Source: an uncultured delta proteobacterium (GTDB lineage Bacteria > Desulfobacterota > Binatia > UBA9968). From it: a DNA stretch of 64,000 bases. Under the pieces are notes generated by a model. The model was not told the origin of the DNA and ran no database searches. It saw nothing but the letters and a program-made list of their open reading frames with translations. The translations under genes and the position numbers were made by a program. Below are positions 48,531 to 59,861 of this stretch, piece after piece (positions within the stretch are counted from its first letter, which is position 1; each line of letters begins with the position of its first letter). Where the stretch lies: the NCBI GenBank assembly GCA_963727625.1, contig CAVSHR010000008.1:160001-224000 (forward strand), in the 5' to 3' direction.

Positions 48531-49838
48531 GAGATGCTTATGCAGAGACGGGCAATTCAAGCAATTTTTCTTTGGTCTTACCTGTTAGTTATCCCGTCCC
48601 TGGTCGGTGCTGCGGTCGTCGAGCAGCTAATCGCCGTCATCGACGGCGAGCCCTACACGCTCTCGAATATCGATAAGTTCTCAAAAGCTAAAATTGGGCG
48701 AAGCTTTCCGGCTGGCGACCTCAAGTCGATCAATCAGGCCGATCGCGATGTGCTGGTACAATTCCTCACCGAAAAACTACTGGAGGCCGAGGTGCGCGAG
48801 GCGGGAATCACGGTTAGCGATAACGCCGTCAACCACTACATCGAGCAGGTCAAAAAAAATAACCGGTTATCCGACGAGGACTTGAAAACCGCGCTGAAGC
48901 GCGAGAATCAAACCCTGGAAAGCTATAAAACCTCGGTCAAAGCCGAGATTGAAAAGAGCGAGTTGATCGACCGTCAGGTTAGAAGGAAAGTCACTATCAG
49001 CGACGAAGACGTCGAACGATATTACAAGCTCAACGCGAAAAAATATCGCACCAATGATCGTGCGCGCATTCGCCATATCCTGCTTCCGCTCAGTGAAAAC
49101 GCGCCGCCGGATCAGGTCCAGAGCGCGATGGCGAAGGCGCAGGATCTGCGCCAGCGAATCGCTGGCGGAGCGGATTTCGCGGCAATCGCACGCGAGAATT
49201 CCCAGGGCGCCGGCCGCGACGAAGGCGGCGATATCGGCTGGGTAAAGCGCGGAACTTTGATCTCGGGCATTGAAGAAGTGGCGTTTGAGAAACTCTCGGT
49301 GGGCCAGGTGAGCGAACCGTTCCGCACCAGCATGGGGGTTCATATCGTCAAGCTCGAGGAGCGCGACGCCGGCACGGCGCTGTCGCTCAGCACCGTGGCG
49401 CCGCGCATCAAACAAGAGCTGACGACCAAGGCATTGGAAGAGCGCTTTGCCAAGTGGGTCAAATCCGATTTGCGGCGCAAGCATCGGGTCGATATCAAGG
49501 TCGCTGGCGTGGTTTTCAAGCCGGAAGATTCCAAAGAGGGAACGGTCGACAACTTGATGGCGCGATCCAACCGGTCGACGCGGCGCGAAGAACGCACGTT
49601 CTTAAGTTATCTCAACCCGTTGTCCTATATCGTTAAAGATACTCCATTCGAGGAAGAAGATCCCAAGAGTCCGCTGAACGGCAAAAGCATCGTGAGCGTT
49701 TTCGGTGTGCCGCTGTTTACAACTGATTCCGCAGAGGATGCGCCGGATGTTTTGGCGCCGCAACCTAAAGAGTCGGAAAAGTCGAGCGGCTCCAGTATTC
49801 TCGACTCGTTGAATCCCTTCTCTTCGAATAAGCCCTAG
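48531..49838 (+). CDS. surA: SurA-like periplasmic chaperone with one parvulin domain
   Basis: IAVIDGE SurA N-domain; ARIRHIL, DFAAIARENS, GGDIGW, VSEPFRT..GVHIVK; located between mfd and pdxA; start approximate. Confidence 0.8.
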   Translation, partial: EMLMQRRAIQAIFLWSYLLVIPSLVGAAVVEQLIAVIDGEPYTLSNIDKFSKAKIGRSFPAGDLKSINQADRDVLVQFLTEKLLEAEVREAGITVSDNAVNHYIEQVKKNNRLSDEDLKTALKRENQTLESYKTSVKAEIEKSELIDRQVRRKVTISDEDVERYYKLNAKKYRTNDRARIRHILLPLSENAPPDQVQSAMAKAQDLRQRIAGGADFAAIARENSQGAGRDEGGDIGWVKRGTLISGIEEVAFEKLSVGQVSEPFRTSMGVHIVKLEERDAGTALSLSTVAPRIKQELTTKALEERFAKWVKSDLRRKHRVDIKVAGVVFKPEDSKEGTVDNLMARSNRSTRREERTFLSYLNPLSYIVKDTPFEEEDPKSPLNGKSIVSVFGVPLFTTDSAEDAPDVLAPQPKESEKSSGSSILDSLNPFSSNKP

Positions 49839-49906
49839 TCTCTTGTCTCCAACGCCGCAGGCGCGGATAATGAGCCCCATTATCCAGGTGCAAATGTTTC
49901 ACATCC

Positions 49907-50932
49907 ATGGCGAGTAAACCGATCATCGCCGTCACCATGGGCGATCCAGCGGGGATCGGTCCGGAGGTTGTGCTCAAGGCACTGGCGGATCCTGCGATCA
50001 AAAAAAACTGCCGGCCACTGGTTTTGGGCGACTGGGGTGTGCTTCAACGAGCTCGGCGCCGTCGGTTTAAATCAGCTAAATTGATTTGCTGGCAGCCCGG
50101 GCAACAGCTCTTGCCCATGCTCGATCATCCGAGCGCTCATGTAGTTTGTTCTTTGTCCAGGTTAACGATCAAAGAATCCCGACCGGGCATGGCTTCCAAG
50201 GCAGGCGGCCATGGCGCGTTCAGTTATATTCGGGTTGCCGCCACATTGACGCTTTCGAACGTCGCCGACGCCATGGCTACCGCACCGATCAGCAAGAGCA
50301 GTTTGATCGACGCCGGGTATCATTATCCAGGCCATACCGAGCTTCTTGCCGAACTCAGTGGCACTCCGGAGTGTCGCATGATGCTGATGGGCGCGAAGTT
50401 ACGGGTCGTTCCGGTGACGGGTCATATCCCGTTCACCAAAGTGGCGCGCAGTGTGACCCAGAAAAATATTCAAACGACCGTGGAGCTCACTCAACGGGGT
50501 CTAAAACTTTTTTTCGGGATTGCTCGGCCGCGGATCGCCGTGGCGGCGTTAAATCCGCATGGCGGCGAAGAGGGTATTTTCGGCGACGAGGAGATCGAGG
50601 TGATCGCTCCGGCCGTGCGGCAAGCGCGGCGCAGGGGGATCGCTGTAACCGGACCGTTTCCGGCCGACAGCCTGTTTTATCGCGCGGCGCGCGGCGACTA
50701 TGACGCGGTGGTTTGCATGTATCACGACCAGGGACTGATTCCGCTCAAGCTGCACCATTTTTTCGGCGGCGTAGCGTTGACTCTGGGACCGCCTTTTATC
50801 AGGACCTCCGTGGACCACGGCACGGCCTACGATATCGCCGGCCGCGGCAAGGCCGACGAGACCAGTATGAAGGAAGCGATTCTCCTGGCGGCGCATCTGG
50901 CGCGGCAGAATGCAAGACTGAAGCGAAAATGA
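49907..50932 (+). CDS. pdxA: 4-hydroxythreonine-4-phosphate dehydrogenase
   Basis: TMGDPAGIGPE, PGHTE, LNPHGGE, MYHDQG, RTSVDHGTA. Confidence 0.93.
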   Translation: MASKPIIAVTMGDPAGIGPEVVLKALADPAIKKNCRPLVLGDWGVLQRARRRRFKSAKLICWQPGQQLLPMLDHPSAHVVCSLSRLTIKESRPGMASKAGGHGAFSYIRVAATLTLSNVADAMATAPISKSSLIDAGYHYPGHTELLAELSGTPECRMMLMGAKLRVVPVTGHIPFTKVARSVTQKNIQTTVELTQRGLKLFFGIARPRIAVAALNPHGGEEGIFGDEEIEVIAPAVRQARRRGIAVTGPFPADSLFYRAARGDYDAVVCMYHDQGLIPLKLHHFFGGVALTLGPPFIRTSVDHGTAYDIAGRGKADETSMKEAILLAAHLARQNARLKRK

Positions 50933-52284
50933 ACCCGGCGATATTTCGTGAATACGACATCCGCGGTTTGGCGGAAAACGATTTCGACAAGGACTTCGCG
51001 CTCATGCTCGGAAAGGTGCACGGCAGCGCGGTTGCAACTGGGGGCGGCACACGAGTTACGGTGGGACGCGACTGCCGGTCGACCTCCGACGCATATGCGG
51101 AGGCAGTGATCGCCGGCATGGCGTCGGCGGGTCTGCATGTCTACGACATAGGCATCTGTCCCACGCCATTGCTCTATTTCTCATTGTTTCATCTCGGCGT
51201 CGACGGCGGCATCCAAATTACCGCGAGCCACAACCCGGCGGAGTACAACGGTTTCAAAATCTGCTTTGGCACGGACACGCTTTACGGTGAGCAGATCCAG
51301 GACATCCGGGTTAAGATGGAGCGCGAGGAATTTCATGAAAAGCCCGGCGGCAAGGTGGAACGCTACGAAATCATCCCGCCGTATCAAAAGTATTTGTTGG
51401 CCGACGTTGCGCGGCTGGCGCGGCCGCTCAAGGTGGTCGTCGATGCAGGCAGCGGCGTCGGCGGGCCGGTGGCGCCGCCGGTTTTCCGGGCGCTCGGTTG
51501 CACCGTGTGGGAAATTGCCTGTCAGCCCGACGCGAATTTCCCGTTTCACCATCCCGATCCGACGGTGCCAGAAAATTTGGCCATGCTCATGGACAAAGTC
51601 AGGCAGGAAAGCGCCGATCTTGGCATCGCCTACGACGGCGATGCCGATCGGCTTGGTGTGGTGGATGAGAAGGGCGACATCCTTTGGGGCGACGAGCTGT
51701 TAGTGTTGTTCTCCCGCGACCTGCTCAAGCGCAACCCGAGGGCGACGGTGATCTCCGAAGTGAAATGCTCGCAGCGGCTTTATGATGATATCGCCAAGAA
51801 CGGCGGCAACGCGATCATGTGGAAAGCCGGCCATTCGTTGCTCAAGGCCAAAATGAAAGAGACCCAGGCGTTGCTCGCCGGCGAGATGAGCGGCCATATG
51901 TTTTTCAAAGAGCGCTACTTCGGATTCGACGACGCGATTTACGCTTCGCTCCGCTTGCTCGAAATCCTCGCCGACTCCCCAAAACCGCTGTCGAGCTTGC
52001 TCGCCGACTTGCCGCCGAGTGTGTCTACGCCGGAAATTCGCGTCGATTGTCCGGACGACAAAAAGTTTATCATCGCGGCGAGGGCCACCGAATTTTTTCG
52101 CCAACGCTACGACGTTGTCGTCGTCGACGGCGTGCGCGTGAAGTTCCCCGAGGGCTGGGGGTTGATCCGTGCGTCCAACACGCAGCCCGCTTTGGTGCTG
52201 CGCTTCGAAGCCCAGTCCGCGGCCAAGCTCGCAGAGTACCGCGCGCTGATCGAGAACAAACTCGCAGACTTCGCGAGATCATAG
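50929..52284 (+). CDS. Phosphomannomutase/phosphoglucomutase (AlgC-like)
   Basis: [34 protein letters not shown]; ATGA coupling with pdxA. Confidence 0.95.
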   Translation: MNPAIFREYDIRGLAENDFDKDFALMLGKVHGSAVATGGGTRVTVGRDCRSTSDAYAEAVIAGMASAGLHVYDIGICPTPLLYFSLFHLGVDGGIQITASHNPAEYNGFKICFGTDTLYGEQIQDIRVKMEREEFHEKPGGKVERYEIIPPYQKYLLADVARLARPLKVVVDAGSGVGGPVAPPVFRALGCTVWEIACQPDANFPFHHPDPTVPENLAMLMDKVRQESADLGIAYDGDADRLGVVDEKGDILWGDELLVLFSRDLLKRNPRATVISEVKCSQRLYDDIAKNGGNAIMWKAGHSLLKAKMKETQALLAGEMSGHMFFKERYFGFDDAIYASLRLLEILADSPKPLSSLLADLPPSVSTPEIRVDCPDDKKFIIAARATEFFRQRYDVVVVDGVRVKFPEGWGLIRASNTQPALVLRFEAQSAAKLAEYRALIENKLADFARS

Positions 52285-52292
52285 ACCGCGAA

Positions 52293-54815
52293 ATGGCGGG
52301 CGCGATCGTCATCAAGGGTGCGCGGGTCCACAATTTAAAAAATCTCGATCTGGAAATTCCGCGCGACCGGATGGTGGTCGTCACCGGCGTGTCCGGTTCG
52401 GGAAAATCTTCACTCGCTTTCGATACCCTTTACGCCGAAGGCCAGCGGCGCTATCTAGAGTCGCTGGGCGCCGATGCGCGGCAGCTTTTGCAGCGCATGG
52501 AGAAACCCGACGTGGATAGCATCGAGGGCCTCTCTCCAACCATCGCCATCCAACAGCGTCCAGGGCTGGCCAATCCGCGCTCTACCGTTGGTACGATGAC
52601 CGACGTGTACGATTTTCTGAGGCTGCTGTTTGCGCGTGTCGGCCAGCCCCACTGTCCCCAATGCGACCGCGAGATTAAAACGTTTACCATCGAACAAATG
52701 GTCGACCAGTTGCTGGCGCTGCCGCCGCAAACGCGCGTTATTGTGCTTGCGCCGGTCTCCGGGTCGGCTGCGGGTGCCTCCACCGAGCGGTTGCGTGAAT
52801 TGCTTCGCCTGGGGTTTACCCGGGTGATGATCGACGGCGAGATGCATGAGCTTGGCGGCAAAATTGATCTTGCTGCGGCAAGCCTTGTCAATCTCGTGAT
52901 CGATCGGCTGGTAATTCGCGAAGGCATCGAGCGACGGCTGGCGGATTCCCTGGAGGTTGCGTCGCGCCACGGCGATCAGGTGATAAAGATCCAAATCCTC
53001 GACCGCAACGAAGGCGGTCCGGGCCGGGAAATCTTATTCAGTCAAAAGTTTGCTTGTGTTTTTTGCGGTGCCGCGCTTCCGGAGATAACGCCGAGCTTGT
53101 TTTCTTTCAACAGCCCGCAGGGCGCGTGCCCGGCGTGCAACGGCTTGGGAGTGCTTCCCAAGCCGGGACGGCAGTGCGAAAAAGTACGCGACGGTGAACA
53201 GGTGCCTTGCGGCGGATGCGGCGGCACTCGGCTCACTAAGGCGAGTCGGTCGGTGCGCATCGCCGGCTGCAATATTGCGGAGATCGCCGGATGGACGATA
53301 ACCGATGCGCTCCAATTTTTTGACAGTGTAAAATTCAGCGCGGCACAGCGGACCGTCGGGCATAAGATCGTCGTCGAGATCGTTCGCCGATTAAGCGTCG
53401 TGGCGCATCTGGGCCTGGACTATTTAAGCTTGGATCGTTCGTCGTTGACTCTCTCGGGCGGAGAATCCCAACGTTTGCGTCTAGCCACCCAGATCGGCGC
53501 GGCGATGGCGGGAGTTCTCTACATTCTCGACGAGCCCAGCATCGGCTTGCATCAGCGAGACAACGCAAGATTGATAGAGCTGCTTAAACAGCTGCGCGAT
53601 GGCGGCAACTCGGTGCTGGTGGTCGAGCACGACCGCGAGACTATGCTTGCAGCGGACTATCTGATCGACATGGGACCGGCTGCTGGGGCCCTCGGTGGCG
53701 AAGTGGTCGCATGCGGGACGGTTGTGGAGATTCTCGGCGATGAAAAGTCGCTCACCGGACGCTATTTGTCCGGCGCGTTGAAGATTCCGCGGCCGCGCCG
53801 GCGCGGCGAGGGTAGCAAATTTCTCACGATTAAAAACGCGAGCGCGCGCAATCTCAAAAATGTTACGGTGAAAATTCCCATCGGCGCCATGACCTGCGTC
53901 ACCGGCGTTTCGGGGGCCGGAAAAAGTACTCTCGTGATGGACTTGCTGCTTCCGGCCCTAGTGAGATTGCTGCAACGCCGCGAGACAATCGATCGCATTC
54001 CCGCCGAAATTATCGGCTGGGACAATGTCGATCGCGTCGTGGCGGTTGACCAAGGACCGATCGGCCGCACGCCACGCTCGAATCCGGCGACCTACACGGG
54101 GCTTTATGATCACCTGCGCGCGCTCTTTGCGCAGTTGCCCGAAGCGCGGGTGCGCGGCTACGGCGCCGAGCGTTTTTCGTTCAATAAGAAAGGCGGGCGT
54201 TGTGAGGCTTGCGGCGGTGATGGAGTGACCCGCGTGGAAATGTATTTTCTTCCCGAAGTTTTCGTGACCTGCGCGGTATGCAACGGCCGGCGGTTCAATC
54301 GCGAAACCTTGGAGATCAAGTACAAAGGCTTGAGCATTGCCGATGCTTTAGAGTTAACCGTCGATCAAGCGCTGGAGCTGCTCAATGCCATCCCGCCGAT
54401 TCACGATCGCCTGCGCGTGTTGCGCGACGTTGGCTTGGGTTATTTGCAACTGGGACAATCCGCTACGACCCTGGCCGGCGGCGAGGCCCAGCGCGTCAAG
54501 CTGGCGCGCGAACTGGCGCGACGATCGACCGGCCGCTCGCTTTACGTTCTTGACGAGCCAACCGCTGGGCTGCATTTCGACGATGTCAAGAAACTTTTAG
54601 AGCTACTTAACCGTCTAAGCGATTTGGGCAACACCGTGGTCGTAATCGAACATAATCTGGACGTGATTAAGTGCGCCGACCATATTATTGACCTGGGGCC
54701 AGAAAGCGGTCCCGGTGGCGGCGAAATCATCGCCCAGGGAAAACCAGAGGAAGTCGCCGCGGTTACGGCGTCATATACGGGCCGATACCTGCGACCGATG
54801 CTAGAGTTGGTTTAG
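52293..54815 (+). CDS. uvrA: Excinuclease ABC subunit A, short form (840 aa)
   Basis: [43 protein letters not shown], zinc fingers, [10 protein letters not shown]. Confidence 0.92.
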   Translation: MAGAIVIKGARVHNLKNLDLEIPRDRMVVVTGVSGSGKSSLAFDTLYAEGQRRYLESLGADARQLLQRMEKPDVDSIEGLSPTIAIQQRPGLANPRSTVGTMTDVYDFLRLLFARVGQPHCPQCDREIKTFTIEQMVDQLLALPPQTRVIVLAPVSGSAAGASTERLRELLRLGFTRVMIDGEMHELGGKIDLAAASLVNLVIDRLVIREGIERRLADSLEVASRHGDQVIKIQILDRNEGGPGREILFSQKFACVFCGAALPEITPSLFSFNSPQGACPACNGLGVLPKPGRQCEKVRDGEQVPCGGCGGTRLTKASRSVRIAGCNIAEIAGWTITDALQFFDSVKFSAAQRTVGHKIVVEIVRRLSVVAHLGLDYLSLDRSSLTLSGGESQRLRLATQIGAAMAGVLYILDEPSIGLHQRDNARLIELLKQLRDGGNSVLVVEHDRETMLAADYLIDMGPAAGALGGEVVACGTVVEILGDEKSLTGRYLSGALKIPRPRRRGEGSKFLTIKNASARNLKNVTVKIPIGAMTCVTGVSGAGKSTLVMDLLLPALVRLLQRRETIDRIPAEIIGWDNVDRVVAVDQGPIGRTPRSNPATYTGLYDHLRALFAQLPEARVRGYGAERFSFNKKGGRCEACGGDGVTRVEMYFLPEVFVTCAVCNGRRFNRETLEIKYKGLSIADALELTVDQALELLNAIPPIHDRLRVLRDVGLGYLQLGQSATTLAGGEAQRVKLARELARRSTGRSLYVLDEPTAGLHFDDVKKLLELLNRLSDLGNTVVVIEHNLDVIKCADHIIDLGPESGPGGGEIIAQGKPEEVAAVTASYTGRYLRPMLELV

Positions 54816-54897
54816 CGACGTTTTAGGGTTGCCTAATTGCTAGGCAGCGACCGAACCTAATGATGTGCTTCTTAGGTTTAATGCCGACTTATCGGGG

Positions 54898-54926
54898 TTG
54901 ACTCAGGATCACCTTTTAGGTAGCTT
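54898..54926 (+). promoter_or_regulatory. Sigma70 promoter of the Fe-S operon
   Basis: TTGACT-N17-TAGCTT. Confidence 0.6.
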
Positions 54927-54927
54927 A

Positions 54928-54952
54928 ATATCAGACCAAATTAGTCGGGAAT
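54928..54952. promoter_or_regulatory. IscR type-1-like (Rrf2) operator
   Basis: ATATCAGACCAAATTAGTCGGGAAT matches about 21/25 positions of ATASYYGACTRWWWYAGTCRRSTAT and overlaps the predicted TSS. Confidence 0.7.
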
Positions 54953-54985
54953 GGACAAATTAGTGGTTCAAGCAGGCGCGATAAA

Positions 54986-56224
54986 ATGAACGTTAAGACT
55001 CCGATTTACCTTGATAATCACGCGACTACGCAGGTCGACCCGAGGGTTTTGGAAGCCATGCTGCCCTACTTCACGGAAAAATTCGGTAACGCGGCGAGCA
55101 AAAGCCATGCGTTTGGTTGGGAGGCGGAAGCTTCCGTCGACAGGGCGCGGGAGCAGGTAGCGAAGCTTATTGGCGCCTCGTCGCCGCGGGAGATTGTTTT
55201 TACCAGTGGCGCGACCGAATCGGATAATCTCGCGATCAAGGGGGTCGCCGAAGCTTACCGTGACAAGGGCGATCACATCGTCACCTGCGTGACCGAGCAC
55301 AAAGCGGTTCTCGATAGTTGTAAGGTTCTGGAGAAGCATGGATTCCAAGTTACCTATTTGCCGGTTAGCGCTGATGGGGTCGTCGATATCGAGCGCTTAA
55401 AGACTGCGCTCACGGAGCAAACGATATTGATCTCGATTATGGCCGCCAATAACGAGATCGGTACGATTCAACCGGTGCAAGAAATCGGTCGCGTGGCCAA
55501 AGAGAGAGGGATTCTGTTTCACAGCGATGCGACGCAAGCGGTGGGCAAGGTTCCGATCAACGTCGAAGCAATCGGTATCGATCTGCTGTCGTTGACGGCG
55601 CACAAGATGTACGGCCCCAAAGGTGTCGGCGCACTTTACGTTCGTGCGACCAAGCCCCGGGTAAAAATTACTCCGCTCATCGACGGCGGCGGGCACGAGC
55701 GCGGTATGCGGTCTGGCACTCTCAACGTCGCCGGGGTCGTGGCGCTCGGCAAGGCTTGCGAGCTTTCGCAAAATGAAATGGGCGCCGAAGCTGAGCGTTT
55801 GACAGCTCTGCGCGAGCGGTTGAAACACGCGGTTCTCGATCAGCTCGAAGACGTCCGCGTCAATGGCGATGCGCTGCAGCGGTTGCCGGGCAACATGAAC
55901 TTGAGCTTTGCTTACGTGGAGGGCGAGTCGCTGATGATGGGGCTCAAAGAAATCGCCGTATCCAGCGGTTCGGCATGCACTTCGGCAAGCCTCGAGCCGT
56001 CCTATGTGCTCAAGGCGATCGGCTTGGAGGATGCCATGGCCCATGCCTCTATTCGTTTCGGCATCGGCCGCTTCAATACTGTGGATGAAATCGATTACAC
56101 GGTGCAACGGGTCGTCGAAGAAGTACAGCGTCTGAGAGAGATTTCTCAAGTTTATCGGGCGAAGAAGACCAAGCTACAGAAACGTCAGCAAGGCGAGGTG
56201 ACCAGTCAGGAAAAAGTTTCCTGA
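54986..56224 (+). CDS. iscS: Cysteine desulfurase, IscS type
   Basis: [46 protein letters not shown]. Confidence 0.93.
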   Translation: MNVKTPIYLDNHATTQVDPRVLEAMLPYFTEKFGNAASKSHAFGWEAEASVDRAREQVAKLIGASSPREIVFTSGATESDNLAIKGVAEAYRDKGDHIVTCVTEHKAVLDSCKVLEKHGFQVTYLPVSADGVVDIERLKTALTEQTILISIMAANNEIGTIQPVQEIGRVAKERGILFHSDATQAVGKVPINVEAIGIDLLSLTAHKMYGPKGVGALYVRATKPRVKITPLIDGGGHERGMRSGTLNVAGVVALGKACELSQNEMGAEAERLTALRERLKHAVLDQLEDVRVNGDALQRLPGNMNLSFAYVEGESLMMGLKEIAVSSGSACTSASLEPSYVLKAIGLEDAMAHASIRFGIGRFNTVDEIDYTVQRVVEEVQRLREISQVYRAKKTKLQKRQQGEVTSQEKVS

Positions 56225-56253
56225 CTGTTTCACACAAGGGGAGGAACAAAGTT

Positions 56254-56583
56254 ATGGCCATGGGAATCAGTCTCACCGATCGTGCCGCGGCGCGGATCAA
56301 GGAGCTGATTGTCGCCGATAGCCGGCAAGGTCAGGGATTGCGGGTTAAAGTGGTCGGCGGCGGTTGTTCGGGCCTTCAGTATAAGGTGGATTTCGACGCG
56401 CCCAAAGGGACCGATAAGGTGTTCGAGAAGGACGGCGCCAAAGTTTTGGTGGACATGAAGAGCCTGCTTTACCTGACGGGCACGGAGCTCGACTACAAAG
56501 ACGAGTTGATGCAGTCCGGCTTCGTCTTCCAGAATCCGAACGTGAAGAAAGCCTGCGGTTGCGGCGCTTCGTTCACGGTTTAA
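56254..56583 (+). CDS. iscA: A-type Fe-S carrier (IscA/SufA/ErpA family)
   Basis: GGGCSG, NPN..ACGCGASF. Confidence 0.9.
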   Translation: MAMGISLTDRAAARIKELIVADSRQGQGLRVKVVGGGCSGLQYKVDFDAPKGTDKVFEKDGAKVLVDMKSLLYLTGTELDYKDELMQSGFVFQNPNVKKACGCGASFTV

Positions 56584-56604
56584 AAATAGTGGGGAAGTAG
56601 AATC

Positions 56605-58065
56605 ATGAAAACAGCGACAAACACAGTGGAAGATCTTGCTCGTCGCGAGTACAAGTACGGTTTCGTCACCGACATTGATGCGGACACCGTTCCGCCAGGG
56701 TTGGACGAAGACGTCATTCGCCTGATCTCCGCAAAAAAAAATGAGCCGCAGTTCATGCTCGATTGGCGGCTGAAGGCTTATCGTCACTGGGCCAAGCTGG
56801 AAAAGACTCAAGCCGAGCCTAAGTGGGCGAAGGTGCATTATCCGCCTATCGATTATCAGGCAATTCGTTATTTTTCCGCGCCGAAATCGAAGACGGATGG
56901 TCCCAAAAGCCTAGACGAGGTCGATCCGGAGTTGCTCCAAATGTACGAGAAGCTGGGAATTCCTCTCAAAGAGCAGGAATCTCTGGCTGGCGTGGCCGTC
57001 GACGCGGTTTTCGACAGCGTCTCGGTGGCGACGACATTTAAGGGGAAGCTCGCCAAGCTCGGCATTATCTTTGGCTCGTTTTCCGAGGCGGTGCAAAATC
57101 ATCCCGACCTGGTGCAAAAGTACCTGGGCTCAGTGGTGCCTTACACCGACAATTTTTTCGCGTCGCTCAATTCCGCGGTGTTCAGCGACGGCTCGTTTTG
57201 TTTCATTCCGAAGGGAGTGCGCTGCCCGATGGAGCTGTCGACCTATTTCCGCATCAACGCCGCGGAAACCGGCCAATTCGAGCGCACGCTGATCGTCGCC
57301 GAAGAAGGCGCCACGGTAAGTTACCTTGAAGGCTGCACCGCACCCATGCGCGATAAAAACCAGTTGCACGCCGCGGTGGTGGAGCTGGTGGCCCACAGGG
57401 ACGCCCAGATCAAGTACTCCACGGTGCAAAATTGGTACCCCGGCGATGCCGAAGGCAAGGGCGGTATTTACAATTTCGTGACCAAGCGCGGCAAATGTCT
57501 GGGCGAGAGCTCGAAGATCTCCTGGACTCAGGTGGAAACCGGTTCGGCGATTACCTGGAAGTATCCGAGCTGTATCTTGCAGGGCGACGATTCGGTGGGC
57601 GAGTTTTATTCCGTGGCACTGACCAACAATTACCAGCAGGCCGATACCGGCACCAAGATGATCCATATCGGCAAGAACACCAAGAGTACGATCATCTCGA
57701 AGGGTATCTCGGCGGGCCACGGTCAGAACACCTACCGCGGCCTCGTTAAGATCATGAAGGGCGCCAGCGGCGCGCGGAACTATTCGCAGTGCGATTCGTT
57801 GTTATTGGGAGACAAGTGCGGCGCGCATACCTTTCCTTATTTGGAAGTTTTAAATAACGCGTCGCAGGTCGAGCACGAGGCCTCGACCTCCAAAATCGGC
57901 GAGGATCAGCTGTTTTATTGCAAGCAGCGCGGGCTCTCGACAGAGGACGCGGTCAATCTGATCGTCAACGGTTTCTGCAAGCAGGTATTTAAAGAGCTGC
58001 CGATGGAGTTTGCCGTGGAAGCACAGAAACTTCTCGGCGTAAGCCTGGAGGGCAGCGTCGGATAG
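56605..58065 (+). CDS. sufB: Fe-S cluster assembly scaffold SufB
   Basis: [50 protein letters not shown]. Confidence 0.97.
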   Translation: MKTATNTVEDLARREYKYGFVTDIDADTVPPGLDEDVIRLISAKKNEPQFMLDWRLKAYRHWAKLEKTQAEPKWAKVHYPPIDYQAIRYFSAPKSKTDGPKSLDEVDPELLQMYEKLGIPLKEQESLAGVAVDAVFDSVSVATTFKGKLAKLGIIFGSFSEAVQNHPDLVQKYLGSVVPYTDNFFASLNSAVFSDGSFCFIPKGVRCPMELSTYFRINAAETGQFERTLIVAEEGATVSYLEGCTAPMRDKNQLHAAVVELVAHRDAQIKYSTVQNWYPGDAEGKGGIYNFVTKRGKCLGESSKISWTQVETGSAITWKYPSCILQGDDSVGEFYSVALTNNYQQADTGTKMIHIGKNTKSTIISKGISAGHGQNTYRGLVKIMKGASGARNYSQCDSLLLGDKCGAHTFPYLEVLNNASQVEHEASTSKIGEDQLFYCKQRGLSTEDAVNLIVNGFCKQVFKELPMEFAVEAQKLLGVSLEGSVG

Positions 58066-58108
58066 GAATGGTTTCCATCCGCGACCGCGGACGAACAAGC
58101 AGGCAATT

Positions 58109-59335
58109 ATGTCGGACGAAATTTACTTCGATAACAACGCGACCACACGGGTGCTGCCCGAGGTCGCCGAAGCGATGATACCGTTCTACACGGAGCAGTA
58201 CGGCAATCCGTCGAGCATTCATCGTTTCGGCAGCCAGGTGGGCGAGAAAATCGCGCAGGCGAGGGCGCAGGTTGCCGCGCTGATCGGCGCCGCCGATCCG
58301 ATCGAAGTCATTTTCACGAGCAGCGGCACCGAAGGCGATAACGCCGCGATCCGCGGCATGCTCGAAGCGCGGCCGGACAAACGCCATATCGTCACCACTC
58401 AAGTCGAGCATCCAGCGGTGTTAGGTCTATGCCAGCATTTGGAGAAGAAAGGTTATCGTGTGAGCCGGTTGGGCGTCGACGCCGACGGCGCGTTGGATCT
58501 CGATGAACTGCGCGCTGCATTGACCGACGATACCGCGGTGGTGTCGATCATGTGGGCCAATAACGAAACCGGAGTAATTTTCCCGATCGAACAGATCGGC
58601 GCGATCGTTCGCTCCAAAGATATTCTATTTCATGTGGACGCCGTGCAAGCCGCTGGCAGGTTGCCGCTCGCCGTTAAAGACTTGCCGGTGGACCTGATGA
58701 CGATCTCGGGCCATAAATTTTACGCGCCCAAAGGGATCGGCGCGCTCTACGTGGGACGCGGCATTACTTTTCCACCTTTCATGATCGGCGGCCACCAGGA
58801 ACGCAACCGGCGCGCCGGAACGGAAAATGTCGCGGGCATCATAGGCATGGGTAAAGCGGCGGAGATCGCAGCTGGCCGGATAGCCGAAGATTCGGCGCGA
58901 GTCGGCCGGTTGCGCGATCTGCTCGAAACTTTGTTGCTGGAATCCTGTCCGGGCAGCCGGGTAAACGGCCGCGGGCAGCCGCGCTTGCCGAACACGTCGA
59001 ACATCAGTTTTCGCTATTTGGAAGGCGATTCGATTCTCGTGCTGCTGGACCAGCAGGACATCTGTGCTTCCACGGGTTCCGCCTGTACGGCGGGCTCTTC
59101 GGATCCCTCCCATGTGCTGCGGGCAATGAAGGTTCCGGCAGATTGGCTGCAGGGCGCGGTCCGTTTTAGCCTCGGCCATTTCAATACAGAAAAAGAAGTC
59201 CATTACGTGAACCAAAAGGTGCCGGCGATCGTCCAAAGGCTGCAAAAGCTTTCCGTCTTGGGCAAACTCGGCGATCGACAGGAGCTGCAATCCGAGCGTC
59301 ACACGGCGACCGGCGGCAGCGGGGCAAGGAGGTAG
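58109..59335 (+). CDS. nifS: Second group-I cysteine desulfurase, NifS type
   Basis: YFDNNATT, YGNPSS.H, MWANNETG, SGHKFYAPKG, STGSACTAGS..PSHVL. Confidence 0.85.
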   Translation: MSDEIYFDNNATTRVLPEVAEAMIPFYTEQYGNPSSIHRFGSQVGEKIAQARAQVAALIGAADPIEVIFTSSGTEGDNAAIRGMLEARPDKRHIVTTQVEHPAVLGLCQHLEKKGYRVSRLGVDADGALDLDELRAALTDDTAVVSIMWANNETGVIFPIEQIGAIVRSKDILFHVDAVQAAGRLPLAVKDLPVDLMTISGHKFYAPKGIGALYVGRGITFPPFMIGGHQERNRRAGTENVAGIIGMGKAAEIAAGRIAEDSARVGRLRDLLETLLLESCPGSRVNGRGQPRLPNTSNISFRYLEGDSILVLLDQQDICASTGSACTAGSSDPSHVLRAMKVPADWLQGAVRFSLGHFNTEKEVHYVNQKVPAIVQRLQKLSVLGKLGDRQELQSERHTATGGSGARR

Positions 59336-59341
59336 AAACAA

Positions 59342-59797
59342 ATGGGGCTCATGCAGATACCACGGCGCGTCGACTATGGCTTACGTGCGGTGATTTATCT
59401 CTCGGACCAGCTGCCGGGAAAATGTTGCTCCATCGGTGAGATCGCCAAGCATCAGGGGATGCCGAAAAAGTTCTTGGAAAAAATTATTCAAAATCTGGTT
59501 CAGCGCGGCTTGATCAAGTCCAAGCGTGGCGCTTCGGGAGGTTACATGTTGGCGCGCCCGGCCGACGCCATCTCGTTTTGCGACGTGATCGAGGCGATCG
59601 AAGGGCCGATCTCGGTCAATGCGTGTTTGGACCATGCCTTGGGCTGTGATCAGATTCCGCGCTGTACGATGATAGGCGTCTGGAACGAGGTGCAGCGTGG
59701 CGTCACCGAGGTGCTCAGCCGCACGACCATTGCGGCCCTGCGCCAGCCGGCCTGCAAGGAATTCATTGGTGTTTCTTCTCTTTCGAGTGCGGCTTAA
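59342..59797 (+). CDS. Rrf2 family transcriptional regulator (IscR-like)
   Basis: YGLRA, FLEKI, S.RG..GGY.LA, three Cys C-X6-C-X5-C. Confidence 0.9.
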   Translation: MGLMQIPRRVDYGLRAVIYLSDQLPGKCCSIGEIAKHQGMPKKFLEKIIQNLVQRGLIKSKRGASGGYMLARPADAISFCDVIEAIEGPISVNACLDHALGCDQIPRCTMIGVWNEVQRGVTEVLSRTTIAALRQPACKEFIGVSSLSSAA

Positions 59798-59861
59798 ACG
59801 GAATGAATGGCTTAACCGATCGAATTGCAGTCAAGCCGTACCTTAATCGGAGGTAGGTTTT

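Noticed and set aside
50713-50928. N-terminal extension of PMM/PGM
   Set aside because: Overlaps pdxA; the real start is the coupled ATG at 50929
51819-52292. 158-aa N-terminal extension of UvrA in the ORF track
   Set aside because: Overlaps the PMM/PGM gene; UvrA homology starts at ATG 52293
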